Shown: positions 40,270-52,904 of the stretch, piece by piece
Position numbering within the stretch: position 1 is the first letter of the stretch
How the letters are laid out: each line of letters starts with the position of its first letter
NCBI GenBank assembly: GCA_002269645.1
Contig: NIVC01003689.1
Location: 18,614-82,613, forward strand
Origin: Macrostomum lignano
Lineage: Eukaryota
DNA length: 64,000 bases
Direction: 5' to 3'
Position numbers and translations under genes: made by a program
Notes under the pieces: generated by a model
Told to the model about the DNA's origin: nothing
The model's database searches: none
What the model saw: only the letters and a program-made list of their open reading frames with translations

Positions 40270-41340
40270 AGCCAAATAAATGCAATACACGTTTTTTTAA
40301 TAAGCTACATGTATCCTTGAAATCTTAAAAAATCTCCTGTCAAACCTTGTAAGCCTTGACATGTCAGTAATTCCCCCCCCCACAAGCTTTGACATATCAA
40401 CTTCCCCCCTTGACATCTCAGCAATGCCCCCAATAAGCCTTGGAAATCTAAAAATATCTGTCAACCTTCTAACCCTAGCCTAACCCTAACCCTAACCCTA
40501 GCCCTAACCCTAACCCTAACCCTAACCTAACATTGAAATTTCAGTAATTCTCTCTAAGAGTCACTATAGCACTACTACAGCATTATAGCGATTTCCTGCA
40601 AGCCTCGACATCGTAGGGATTCCCAAATGAATCTCTTAACTTCGACATGAAGCTTCTTTTATTTTTTACATTACGCTTTTTTTATCAGCGATCCCTCCCC
40701 TGAGGAGGCATCAAATAATGTAATAAAAAGTTTTCAATAAACTACATGTAGCTTCTGACTTTAGCCTTGAAATCTCATTTATACCCCGTGAGCCTTGACA
40801 TCTCAGCTATTCCCCCCGTAAGCCTTAACATGTCAGCGATGGCCTCCATAAACCTTGAAATCTAAAAAATCCCCTGTTATTCTGTTAACCTTGAAACCCG
40901 ATAAAATATAACCCTCAACCCACACCTGACCTAAACCTAACTTTAACCCAACCTAAAGCCTTGAAATCTCAGCAATTCTTCTCCCCTAAGCCTTGACATT
41001 TTAGTGATTCCTTCTTTAAGAATCACAGCACTATAACGATTTCCACCAAGCTTTGACATCGTAGCAATTCCCAAATGAATCTTTTAACTTGAACATGACT
41101 TTTCTTTTATGTATAGCTCGTACATACGCTCGTAGTGCTACTTTTATTTTTTACATGACTCTTCTTCTATAAGCGCCTCCCGTGGCGAGCCAACAAAGAA
41201 TGCAATAAAAAAATTGAGTAAAGTACATGAACTTTGAAGTAGCTTCTGACTTTTGCTTTGACATCTCAGAAACCCCCCCCGTAATCTCAGCAGTTATTCT
41301 CTGAGAGCCTTTACGTCTCAGTTTTTCTCCCCAGCACAGC
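40270..41340 (-). repeat. Inverted copy of the 22.6-23.6 kb complex repeat, with ~450-480-bp higher-order units
   Basis: CCTTGACATCTCAGCAAT cores; AATG(C/T)AATA..TACATG motif at ~40280, 40718 and 41200. Confidence 0.75.
40469..40530. repeat. Interstitial telomeric repeat (CCCTAA)n, ~9 imperfect units
   Basis: CTAACCCTAACCCTAACCCTAGCCCTAACCCTAACCCTAACCCTAACC. Confidence 0.9.
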
Positions 41341-41389
41341 ATTATAGCTGCATTTAATTTTTGATTTTTATGATTTTCTATGATTTTTA

Positions 41390-42335
41390 AATGACGCTTC
41401 TACGATTTTTACATGACGCTTCTATGATTTTTTACATGACGCTTCTATGATTTTTACATGACGCTTCTATGATTGTTTACATGACGCTTCTATGATTGTT
41501 TACATGACGCTTCTATGATTCTTTACGTGACGCTTTTATGATTTTCACATGACGCTTCTATGATTTTTTAAATGACGCATCTATGATTTTTATATGACGC
41601 TTCTATGATTTTTTTAAATGACGCTTCTATGATTGTTTACATGATGCTTCTATGATTTTTTAAATGACGCATCTATGATTTTTTTACATGACGCTTCTAT
41701 GATTCTTTACATGACGCTTCTATGATTGTTTACATGACGCTACTATGATTTTTTTACATGATGCTTCTATGATTGTTTACATGATGCTTCTATGATTGTT
41801 TACATGACGCTACTATGATTTTTTTACATGATGCTTCTATGATTGTTTACATGACGCTTCTATGATTGTTTACATGACGCTTCTATGATTTTTTCATGAC
41901 GCTTCTATGATTGTTTACATGACGCTTCTATGATTTTTTACATGACGCTTCTATGATTTTTATATGACGCTTCTATGATTTTTTACATGACGCTTCTATG
42001 ATTGTTTACATGACGCTTCCATGATTTTTTAAATGACGCATCTATGATTTTTTTAAATGACGCTTCTACGATTTTTTACATGACGCTTCTATGATTGTTT
42101 ACATGACGCTTCTATGATTTTTATATGATGCTTCTATGATTTTTTAAATGACGCTTCTATGATTGTTTACATGATGCTTCTGTGGTTTTTTAAATGACGC
42201 ATCTATGATTTTTATATGATGCTTCTATGATTTTTTAAATGACGCATCTATGATTTTTATATGACGCTTCTATAATTTTTTATATGACGCTTCTACGATT
42301 TTTTACATGACGCTACTATGATTTTTACATGACGC
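41390..42335. repeat. ~23-bp minisatellite (TTTTACATGACGCTTCTATGATT), ~40 copies
   Basis: Direct periodicity; abuts the 3' part of Helitron-like copy C. Confidence 0.95.
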
Positions 42336-42979
42336 TTCTTTTTAAAAAGTCTTTTAGTTTTCCTGACGTTGAAAAGCTTTAATTAAAAAAATTATACTCT
42401 ATGAAAATTCGAACCATCGTCGCTGCATTTAGCAGTTCAGTCTGTTCACCTCTAGGCTAGTTCTCATCTTTTTGATAACATCAAATTTTGCACTTATATA
42501 TATATATAATTCAACAGTTTAAAATCCAAGCATAGAGTAAATCACACGAAGCAGTTATGACATAATCAGTTTCTCAGTCAGTCAGTATCAGTTAACAATA
42601 TGGTTACGCAATTTAAATCAAGTCTGGTGCTACGCTTCCACACTGCATTTTCAATTCAAGTCGGAGTTACAATTCAGTGATGATGCAATCTATTTCAGAA
42701 CCAGAATTCAACCAGTCAGTTTTTTCTCTAGCATTCTTACAATGCATTTCAAGTCGAAAAGTTTGCTTGACCTTTGCAAAAAAGCATGTTTTTCGAATAT
42801 TTAGTGCCTTTAGCATCGAGCAATTTCTTAGCCGCGATGCATGTACAGTCACGGGAAAATTTCTGATCGAACAGTGCAAGTTTGAACAAAATCGGTCCAG
42901 CCATTTTTTCTCTAATCGATCACATAGATAGATAGATAGATAGATAGATAGACACAGACAGACCATTTTTAGTATATAG
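42336..42979 (-). mobile_element. Helitron-like dispersed repeat, copy C
   Basis: Minus strand starts CTATATACTAAAAATGGTCTG, then (TCTA)n; collinear with copy B; contains a GGTTCGAATT B-box-like motif. Confidence 0.6.
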
Positions 42980-42999
42980 GATTCTTATTCGCAGACTCT

Positions 43000-43245
43000 T
43001 ATTATTACTCTCAGTCTTAGACCCTTAGTCTTAGACTCAGTCTCATTTGTGTTTCAACAGGCTTTCATCATTCTTAGTCTAAGATTCTTAGACTTAGATT
43101 CCGTAGTCTTAGACTCTTAGTCCTAGATTCTTAGTCTTGGATTCTTAGTCTTAGCCCCTTAGTCTTAGACCCTTAGTCTTATATTCTTAGTCTGACTCTT
43201 AGTCCTAGATTCTTAGTCTTAGATTCTTAGTCTTAGACTCTTAGT
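43000..43245. repeat. 14-bp TCTTAG-rich array
   Basis: Direct periodicity. Confidence 0.85.
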
Positions 43246-43837
43246 TTCATTTGTGTTTCAACAGGCTTTCATCATTTTCACTTCGTGAAATCCACTCTAT
43301 AGATAGATCTAAGAAATTAGCATTGGACATTACTGGTATTGGCATCTATATCTAAGAAAATCAGTATGCCAAATAACAAAAGTGATGTACAATGTAACCT
43401 TAATCTACAAAAAAACTAAGTGCATATCTATGATTCTTGAGTTTTCATAAATTAACAAACGAACGGGTCATTTATTTCTTTAAAATATAGTTTCACCCAG
43501 CGGAGGAGCATAGATTACTAGTCTATTATACTAATTTGACAGTAAAATTAAAATACTAGGCATTACTTATCTACGTGCAAAATATCGGTCTCAAAACCCA
43601 ATGGTGCGATTTCTAACAGTTTAGAAAAGAATGACAAACATAGGGGGCAATTTAACGCCCAGCCTATAGCGCCTGGCCACTGAGCAATTTAGCAGACAAC
43701 AGCCAATGAGAAAACGATACAGGCGCCATATGGAAGATGCAGTAAGTAGAGAAATGGGATCCTTATTTAATGAGCCATTCGAAAAATCCAAATGATAATG
43801 AAACAGAAGCTTTGAGGGAAAAAACAAAACCGTTAGA

Positions 43838-46800
43838 ATGGCAAAATCACCTGGCCTGCTATCAATTACTATCGCGCTGCTTGTGGTCAGCAGCGAACTA
43901 AAGATCACAGCACAGGGCTGGCAGTGGACTAGAGCCAATATTAGCGTGAGTATTCAGCAATCAGCTTTGCCACACGGCAAACAAGGCCAAGATAGAATTG
44001 TTCGACTAGCCGGATTTTATGCTCCAAAGACGTCGAATGAAGCGTTCAACAGCAGTGGAAATCTGGTCAAGGTAAGCCAAATACGAGCTACAGGGTAAAA
44101 ATGAAGATCGTGAGCTCTTTTTAAAAATAGATCGAAATATTTCCTATTCTGACAAATCGTTTCTTAAAAAGCTTAAGACTTCTGATCAAAAGTCGCATTA
44201 AATTAAAATCTGTAAGATATCTGACCAACAGTTGACAATTGTCAGTTAGTCTGTAAGATATCTGACCAACAGTTGACAGTTGTCAGTTAGTCTGTAAGAT
44301 ATCTGACCAACAGTTGACAATTGTCAGTAGTCTGTAAGATATCTGACCAACAGTTGACAATTGTCAGTTAGTCAGTAAGATATCTGACCAACAGTTGACA
44401 ATTGTCAGTAGTCTGTAAGATATCTGACCAACAGTTGACAATTGTCAGTCTGTAAGATATCTGACCAACAGTTGACAATTGTCAGTCTGTAAGATATCTG
44501 ACCAACAGTTGACAATTGTCAGTTAGTCAGTAAGATATCTGACCAACAGTTGACAGTTGTCAGTCAGTCTGTAAGATATCTGACCAACAGTTGACAATTG
44601 TCAGTCAGTAAGATATCTGACCAACAGTTGACAATTGTCAGTCTGTAAGATATCTGACCAACAGTTGACAGTTATCAGTCAGTCTGTAAGATATCTGACC
44701 AACAGTTGACAATTGTCAGTCAGTAAGATATCTGACCAACAGTTGACAATTGTCAGTCTGTAAGATATCTGACCAACAGTTGACAGTTGTCAGTAGTCTG
44801 TAAGATATCTGACCAACAGTTGACAGTTGTCAGTAGTCTGTAAGATATCTGACCAACAGTTGACAATTGTCAGTTAGTCTGTAAGATATCTGACCAACAG
44901 TTGACAATTGTCAGTAGTCTGTAAGATATCTGACCAACAGTTGACAATTGTCAGTAGTCTGTAAGATATCTGACCAACATTTGACAATTGTCAGTCTGTA
45001 AGATATCTGACCAACAGTTGACAATTGTCAGTAGTCTGTAAGATATCTGACCAACAGTTGACAATTGTCAGTCTGTAAGATATCTGACCAACAGTTGACA
45101 ATTGTCAGTCTGTAAGATATCTGACCAACAGTTGATAGTTGTCAGTTAGTCTGTAAGATATCTGACCAACAGTTGACAGTTGTCAGTAGTCTGTAAGATA
45201 TCTGACCAACAGTTGACAATTGTCAGTCTGTAAGATATCTGACCAACAGTTGACAATTGTCAGTCTGTAAGATATCTGACCAACAGTTGACAATTGTCAG
45301 TAGTCTGTAAGATATCTGACCAACAGTTGATAGTTGTCAGTTAGTCTGTAAGATATCTGACCAACAGTTGACAATTGTCAGTTAGTCTGTAAGATATCTG
45401 ACCAACAGTTGACAATTGTCAGTTAGTCTGTAAGATATCTGACCAACAGTTGACAATTGTCAGTAGTCTGTAAGATATCTGACCAACAGTTGACAATTGT
45501 CAGTAGTCTGTAAGATATCTGACCAACAGTTGACAATTGTCAGTTAGTATGTAAGATATCTGACCAACAGTTGACAATTGTCAGTTAGTATGTAAGATAT
45601 CTGACCAACAGTTGACAATTGTCAGTGAAATTGTATTTGTAAGATAATAATTTATCGGGCACCGAACTGACATGCTCACTTGTTAAAGCTGTCAGTATGT
45701 ATCGAAATCAATAAAACACTGTGCAGAGGAGTGGCAGCAAGTCAGTTATAATAATGCCTTGTGCTAACGATATTAGGGAGTAGAGCAATATATAATGAAT
45801 TGAACAGAACAATAGGTTTTGGAAAAGGAAAAAAGCAGATAGAATTTAATGGCATTGACGAAAATTCCCCTAAAAATTCTAAAAAGCTCCTATTAACTAT
45901 CCTGTAAGTCACTAATCAGTCATATTTATACCAAACCAAGCCTGAAGTCTAACTGGGAAAAGAGACTTAAGGTAAAAAATCAATACAACAAAGGAGAATA
46001 TTTCCAACCGGATCGACACCCGATACCTGAAAAGCAGCTTCCTATGAGGAAATGATTCTTCTAATAAGTGCTAGATTGATTGGATATACAGTACCGCATG
46101 CTATGCAGGATGCACAAGCTAGGAATATAGAAAATCCAAGTACAATAAGTATCTTAAGCGTTGTTATCAACACAAATCGCTAAGATCGTTTCTGTTTACC
46201 AAAACTAGCATTGTGAAATATTCCATCTGTTTTCTTTTCAGCTAGCTCGGTATCAATAAATAAACCTTGGAAAAAACTTTCAATAAATCAGCTTAAGGCC
46301 ACTAAAAAGGCGACTTTTCCTCAAACAGCAACAGTGATAAACAGTTTTTTAATTTTTATTAAAAATAGATTTTAATCAAACTAGGCAGCCGGTGACAAAG
46401 CAGGAAACGGGGGTAAGTTTTTATAGGAAATTAAAGACGAAAATTTGAATTACGAATCAATTTTTTGTAGCAAAGCAACAGACCCATGGGTCTCAGTGCT
46501 TCGTGTAGCAGGGTCGGTGATAGAGACAAGGCACGTGACGAGTAGGTAGGATCGACTTATGCACTATATAGCAGAAAACAAGTACTAAGTGAACGTGAAA
46601 TAAAGAAAAACGGAAAGAGAATTGACAGCCTGACAGAACACGGAGCGCACAGGGCGAATTCGTATTCTCAAGCATCAACAACTTTTTCTTAGAAATCAGC
46701 ATTAACTGCTACTACAGTATAGTCTGCAGTCTCCCGTTAGGCTACAGTATACAGCATGTCTGCTTTAAATTCTACTTAGCAAAAACACCAACCATGCAGG

Positions 46801-46908
46801 CAGACATAAATATATGAAGCATTGTTTTCAGTGCTTAAACAGGCTAGATAGGAAGGAAACAGTCGGAATCAAAATGAGGCGAGAGAGTGAGTAATTGACA
46901 GAGAAATT

Positions 46909-46968
<60 letters not shown>

Positions 46969-49900
46969 CACAGGAAAGAGGGAAAGTTAGTTATAGCTGT
47001 CAATCATTCGATAAGCACCCTTGCCTCCAGAACACGGCTTCTATACATGGCCTGCCTGACTCAGCCAAAGAGACAAGCCTCCCAAACTGTTTCTTAGATA
47101 GTTGGAATCCATGTGATTGCGTCACTGCTTCTCCATTTTTCACAGCTACAGTCTCGTCAGCAGCAGAATCGATTATTAGGAAACTTATAACAGAGTCGAC
47201 TTCAATTTCTACTCAACAATACAAAACCCACCAGACGGCCATACTTATTGTGGGCCCCCTCCTCGGAGGGGCGGGAGTAGCTACCTGTCAATCCTAGGAG
47301 AGAATGAGAGCACTGGGATTTCTGTTCACACTTGGCGTCAAGGCCTGACCCTCCCCAGAGAAGGAATTGAGAGTCCATTTTGAGTAAAAAGCGATGACGC
47401 ATGACGACGCTGACTAGCAGTAGCAAAGTAGTTTATTATTAAAGTTTTCAGCCAGCCCAGTGTTGGTGCTTAAAAATTTCAAACCCGCGCTACACTTAAA
47501 TTCTACTCAGGTATAACAACGCGAGCAGAGCTGGGAGCGAGAGAAACCGGGAGAAAAATTAGGAAGAAAAAGAGAAAGTGACGCACACCACAGCGCTGGC
47601 TGTCTGTCTCTCACCCAATACAGCACAAGTGCTGGAGCAAGGTCGACTCCGCCCACTAGAATAGCCCTTCCTCCCGTGTAGCCCCAGCAGTTTTCGCTCT
47701 CAAGTCTTCTTCCCTGAAACCACCTTCCCCACGTTTGCAGATTCACAATAGAATTGCCACACACACGCACACTCTTCACACCCAGGTGGCAGAAGCTCAA
47801 CTCTCTTCCCCCTTTTCAATCCGTTCTGTCTGTCTCTCTGCCCCCCTTCCCCTCATTATTCCTCGCTTTCGCCTCCTCCGGTCATAACTTGTCAATCTCG
47901 CTTTAATAAGGCTATACCCACTCACCCTGTCTGCAACAAAATCTATATTTGGAGCTCTGGCTGCAGCCTCAATTAAGGTATTTTATGCAACCAAAACAGT
48001 CTAGTTATTTATCAGGTCATCCCGAAAAATTTCTGCAATTTTTCTTTGGCTTTAATATTAATATTAATAATTGATTACACCTGCGAGAATGCGCAGATGT
48101 GCAACCGACAGCTCATCTGAAGGTTGCGTACGGCTGTTCAGCCCAAGGACTGGGGAGTCGGCCACACACACCCTCAATTACCCCAGATAATGCTGACACC
48201 CATTTTACAGCTTGGGTGAACTGAAGCAATGCAGAGTTAATTATCTTGCGTAAGGACACAATTTGTTCTGAGTAGATCGAGAATCGAAACCCCGACCTTT
48301 CAGCCGAGTCCGGCGCTCTAGTCTCTAGGCTACAATCCCATCTTTGGCTTTGATAGCTCAAAAACTTTGGTTGAGTTTCACTTTATCTCTTTAGACATTT
48401 CTCAGTATCTGCTAGAAAAAGTTGCGACCTTTTTGAGTGAATTATATTGCATATTTTAATAGGCTTATAAACCTGCAGATAAGAATTCGAGCTCAGAAAT
48501 GTTGGAAAAATTCTGAAATCAACAGTGCATATACTATAGCTTGTAAGAGAAAATAGCTTCTAGTTCTGCCATACAAATAGCTATTCATCGTTAAACTTCA
48601 TCCTCTCCCACTAAGTTCATCTTTTTTGTTTAAAAACCAGGCAAAGGCAAATAATCGATACTCAACAGAGTAAAACAGGGAGCTGCATTAAACACCAGAG
48701 CAGCGCAATTAGTATAGAGAAATAGGAAGGAAATATGCCAGGTATGGAGATGCGCGGTGAAATGACGATACACACTAACGGGACGGGTTGTCTGTTTGAG
48801 ATATAATAAAAGTGAAAACGATATGCCCTGTCAGGTAAAATGGATGCATGGATAAACGGAACTAGCCGCATGGAAAGCTAAACAAGAAAAGTTTAGTCAA
48901 TCTCTTTCCTGTTGACTTCATCCTGCTACACGCACTGTCAAATCCTATTGATTATAGCTAAGCTATGCCTTCATTAGCAACAAAGGCGGTGCTGCACCAG
49001 ACTGCCCCATTTGATAGCTCAGTTGCCACGCCCTATCGATCCAAATCTGGAAATAGGCTCTGTAGTAGCTTATACCAACTAGTGAATTTTCATTTCAATT
49101 CTGCAAAATATCAAACTCTGATTTGAACGTATTTTTCCGAAATAGACGTCTCTTGAATGATGACTATTCTCTCGCTTGTATCGATAATTGTCCGAAAAAT
49201 CCTATTGAGTGTCGATCATTCTATAAGAACATGAAATGCTAAGTAATTATGAAAGTAAATTAGGCCGATTAAATAAATGTCTACACAGAATTGAAACAAG
49301 GACAACTTTTCGAAGAAAGTTTCAGCTTTAGGAAAAAATTAAAATTTGTAAATTTTATAAATGCCTGATGTTTACAAAAATTATAGCAACAATAAAATTG
49401 GATGTCATATTAAAAGACGAGCATTTGATTCTGCTTTTAAAGGCAATCTAATTAAGTATTTTTAAGTTTCAAAAAAGTTTCAAATTTTCAAAAAGCAAGT
49501 ATTTTTCCAAGAAATTAAGTTTTACGTTCTTAATTACGAGCGTATTTGAAACCTAAGTTCATGCCCAAGCCTCGTGACGCTGTTCTAAGTTTAGAACCTT
49601 GGTGACCACACATTTTTTTTTGAAAGTTGCAAACTTGTATATAAAATACTTAATAAGTAGCCGAAAAAACCTTCTAACAGATATTATCGCTGGGTCTGTG
49701 TCGCGAAGACACCGATCAACTGCACCACGAGGCATGGATTGGCCTAGTCTATCCCAAAGAATCCGATTGGTTTGCGCCAAGCACCTGCAATCGACTGGCT
49801 GAGCAGACTCGGAGGGCGGCTAAACGAGGCGCCGTTGGATTAGTGTTCGACGTGCGCAACGCTCACGGACACCTGCGAAAACAGGTAGATTATATTTAGA

Positions 49901-50979
49901 ATTCTGGTATGATGATATGCTACTTGAAGTAGGATATCAGCATTAAACTAGGTCTTCTGAATTATTGATTCCACAGCTAATGGAAGCTGGAAAAGACCAA
50001 GAAGGCTTCAACATCACGGTGGCAATAGTAGACTCAAGAGATGCAACAAATTTAGACCTGTTGGAGTCGCTCGATTTAGCAAAATACCACGCCAAGGTTG
50101 ATATTCGACCCGCTTCACGCGTCAAAAGTCGGTACAGTGGTCACACTGGGAACCGAGGTCACGAAACCACTCGGATGACATTCTACGCGGAGATTGCGGC
50201 CTTCCTACTGTTCTTTCTGGCCTTCTGCATCATCGGAATCGGGCTGCTAGTTAAGGTAGGAGAAGCTTTATAATAATATTTGGCTCTAGTTGAATAAAAC
50301 TTCAAACAGACAGAGGACAATTACAAAACACAATAGCACTAGTAAACACTCGTCTACACTTCAAACGTTGTCTTACTGCAGTAGACGTTGTTGACGACAG
50401 AACTTTAATAGCACGACTATTTTTGCCACGTATTTGGCTTATGATTGTTTTAGCCAAAAAGTTTAATGTCCACTGTATATTGCCGGTAGCCATTTCTTTC
50501 TTCAGTTCTACTCCTATCGGGAAACCAACAACACAGCTGGGACGCTGTTAATAAGGAACCCCAAGATGGCAGGATCAGCAGCGGACCAGCATCTGACCCA
50601 GCATCTTCGCCGAAAATGTTGCTCAACCTGCTTGGAGCCGTTTCAAAACACCAACGAGCCACACCGTACGCTGCCCTGCGGACACGGATTTCATTTGCAA
50701 TGCCTCAACAATTGGCTAGTTGCCAATCAGACCTGTCCAATATGCAATCACAATATTCTGGGCGAACCGCCACTTGAAGAAGACAATACAATGGAAACCA
50801 TGACAACCACGGCTACGGCAACCACTGCGGTTGCCTTAGAAACGGCTGTATCCGACGAAGTCTATTCGTCTAACTATAGCGTACTATGCGACGACGGGCC
50901 AACAAACATTTCTAACAGCAAATTTCTGTCAAACATAACAACAGGAAAAACGAATCCGTCACGAGAGACGACGCTTTGA
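43838..50979 (+). CDS. ZNRF3: ZNRF3/RNF43-like PA-TM-RING E3 ubiquitin ligase, ~396 aa, exons 43838-44071, 49681-49884, 49977-50255, 50506-50979
   Basis: Signal peptide. GNLVK|ILSLGLC..HEAWIGLV..TC..TRRAAKRGAVGLVFDVRN parallels ZNRF3 GEIVQMHPLGLC..YGWVGVV..PC..KRAVQRGATAVIFDVSEN. TM segment ends LLVK|. RING-H2 CSTC..PCGHGFHLQCLNNWL..TCPIC. All introns phase 0 GT-AG; the exon 4 acceptor is least certain. Confidence 0.85.
44205..45626. repeat. 37-41-bp minisatellite (TCTGTAAGATATCTGACCAACAGTTGACAATTGTCAGTTAG) in intron 1 of the ZNRF3-like gene
   Basis: Direct periodicity; no unique spacers. Confidence 0.97.
46905..46965. repeat. (GA)n microsatellite
   Basis: Direct. Confidence 0.95.
48272..48332 (-). 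repeat. tRNA-derived fragment (SINE-like head)
   Basis: Minus strand GTAGCCTAGAGACTAGAGCG..CTGAAAGGTCGGGGTTTCGATTCTC with A/B-box-like motifs. Confidence 0.45.
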
Positions 50980-52904
50980 TCATTGAGCAAGTTTTCTAGC
51001 ATACTAACCTTGTATGCTCCCGTTTTTTCAAGACTTAATCGAATCAAAACTCAACCGTGATCGGTTCAATAGAACCATATGTTTAACATTGTAAATATGG
51101 GCCTCAACTAATATTATTGTCATAAGATTTGTTGATTAGTTATTTGCACGAACTATAACGGGTGGCCCAAGCACAGGGTTACACTTTAACTACCACTACC
51201 AATACCTGTCAGATATTTTACCGTAGAATGTTTTTCCCTAAGGGGTGTAGTAGGGGCGGAGCCCCAACTTCGAAGTTGATCAGGGCGCAGGGACGAAGTC
51301 CTCCCAACCACAACCATAGACTATTTTTGTTTTCTATAAAGTAGACTTAAGAAATTGTGGGGGCGGTTGATAGAGTTTTGGCCATAGACAGCTGGTTGCA
51401 TCAACTACTTTGGTGCTTTCCCTGCCGCTCAATTAGCAGGTGTTAATGCGTCAGTGGCTATTATTTAACGGGAACGGGACAAGCAGGCTAATGTACAATT
51501 CAAGCCAGTGCGAAACCAGAGTTATACAAGTTTATCAATTCAAACATACTAAAGAAATCAATGGAATGTTATAATCTGGCTTTGAGTGTTTTTTCATTTT
51601 AATTATATAAGCACATCATTACAAACGCGATATTCTATTAAAATCGATCTATTTAAATTGTCCTATCACCTTCGTTCTTAATGCTGATAACTACGGCAAA
51701 TTGTAAATATGACTCTCCCATAGTTGAAATCATCTATTCTATAATTTTGTTCTACAACACGCTTATTCCAGGACGTGTATTGAAGAATAAATTAATGCAT
51801 GCCTATACTACTTAAACATTAAGGGCTCTATCGATTCAAGATTTACCTTAATTTCTAAGCACACTTAGCTCAACTTTTAAGAAAAACAATGAAAAATGAA
51901 GTAGTCAAGAATAGCGACAAGTGAAAAAGATGTCATCAAAAAATGAAATAATCTTTGCTCGCATTTCAAACAGCTGAGATCTTTTTTTATACAATTTCCA
52001 TTTTTTAATAAAAATTCAACAAAGTCAAACAATCAGCATGCAAAGGGTGACAGTTATACTTGGTATACTGGAGATGGCCCTTAAAACCGAATAAAAACCA
52101 AACCAAACCCGCAAACACAGAACACAAAAGACAACAAATTTATTGAGTAAAAAGGCCAACACAAAATACGATTGGTGTCTGGAAAGTCCGCACACCTCTC
52201 GTAAAATTCTAAGAAACACATATATTAATCTAAGCCAAACACGTGAAAACGCGCCGTACTGATCAACAATAAACAACAAAATTGTTTATTACAAGAAAGT
52301 GAGAGCTTCAACCATATTAAAACAAATTTCAACGAATGAAATGTAACGAATACGCAATATACAATAGATAGAATGTTTCAGTTTTGCAAGCCAATAATGT
52401 TGAATAAATACACACGAATAGATCACAGAAATGCTTAGTAAAAGAAATACATTTTATTTGTGCTGGTAGCGCTCCACCCAAATCTGTCAGCTCCAGACGG
52501 ATCTAAAAATGACAAAGTAATAAAAGAAAATAAGTAAAAGAAAAGAAGCACTTTCAGCCTACTGGCAGTAAAACAAATAATTGTTCCGTTTAACTGTTTT
52601 TAAAAAGCTGCTAATGAAATAGCTTTAGATAAGATTTTTTAACTGAAAACTAAAGGATTTGAAGGATTCTGAATTAAAGTAAAGACAAAAGGGTAAGGAA
52701 TTGCGAAAGAATTAGTAGTCACACTATAATTCTATAATTTTGAACGAAATTAAAAAAGGAGGGGTTTAGAGAAATGACAATGAGAACGAGGAAGAGAGGT
52801 GTCCTTGACAGCGCGACCGGCGATTAAATGGAGCAAACAAAAAAGCCAATGAATGAGGAAAAGAAGCACAGCAAAGCTGCTGAGGTGCCGAAAGGACACA
52901 TAAG

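Noticed and set aside
40469-40530. Chromosome end
   Set aside because: Only ~60 bp, imperfect, and flanked by ordinary sequence and genes on both sides
44205-45626. CRISPR-like array of palindromic 37-41-bp repeats
   Set aside because: Repeats are contiguous with no unique spacers, lie in a eukaryotic intron, and no cas genes are present
47160-47900. Solo LTR or internal promoter in ZNRF3-like intron 1
   Set aside because: GC-richer than its surroundings, but no TG..CA termini, TSD or second copy found in the window
48123-48270. Extra PA-domain exon (VAYGCSAQ...) for the ZNRF3-like gene
   Set aside because: In-frame stops follow, and exon 1 joins 49681 directly with a better family match (GNLVK|ILSLGLC)
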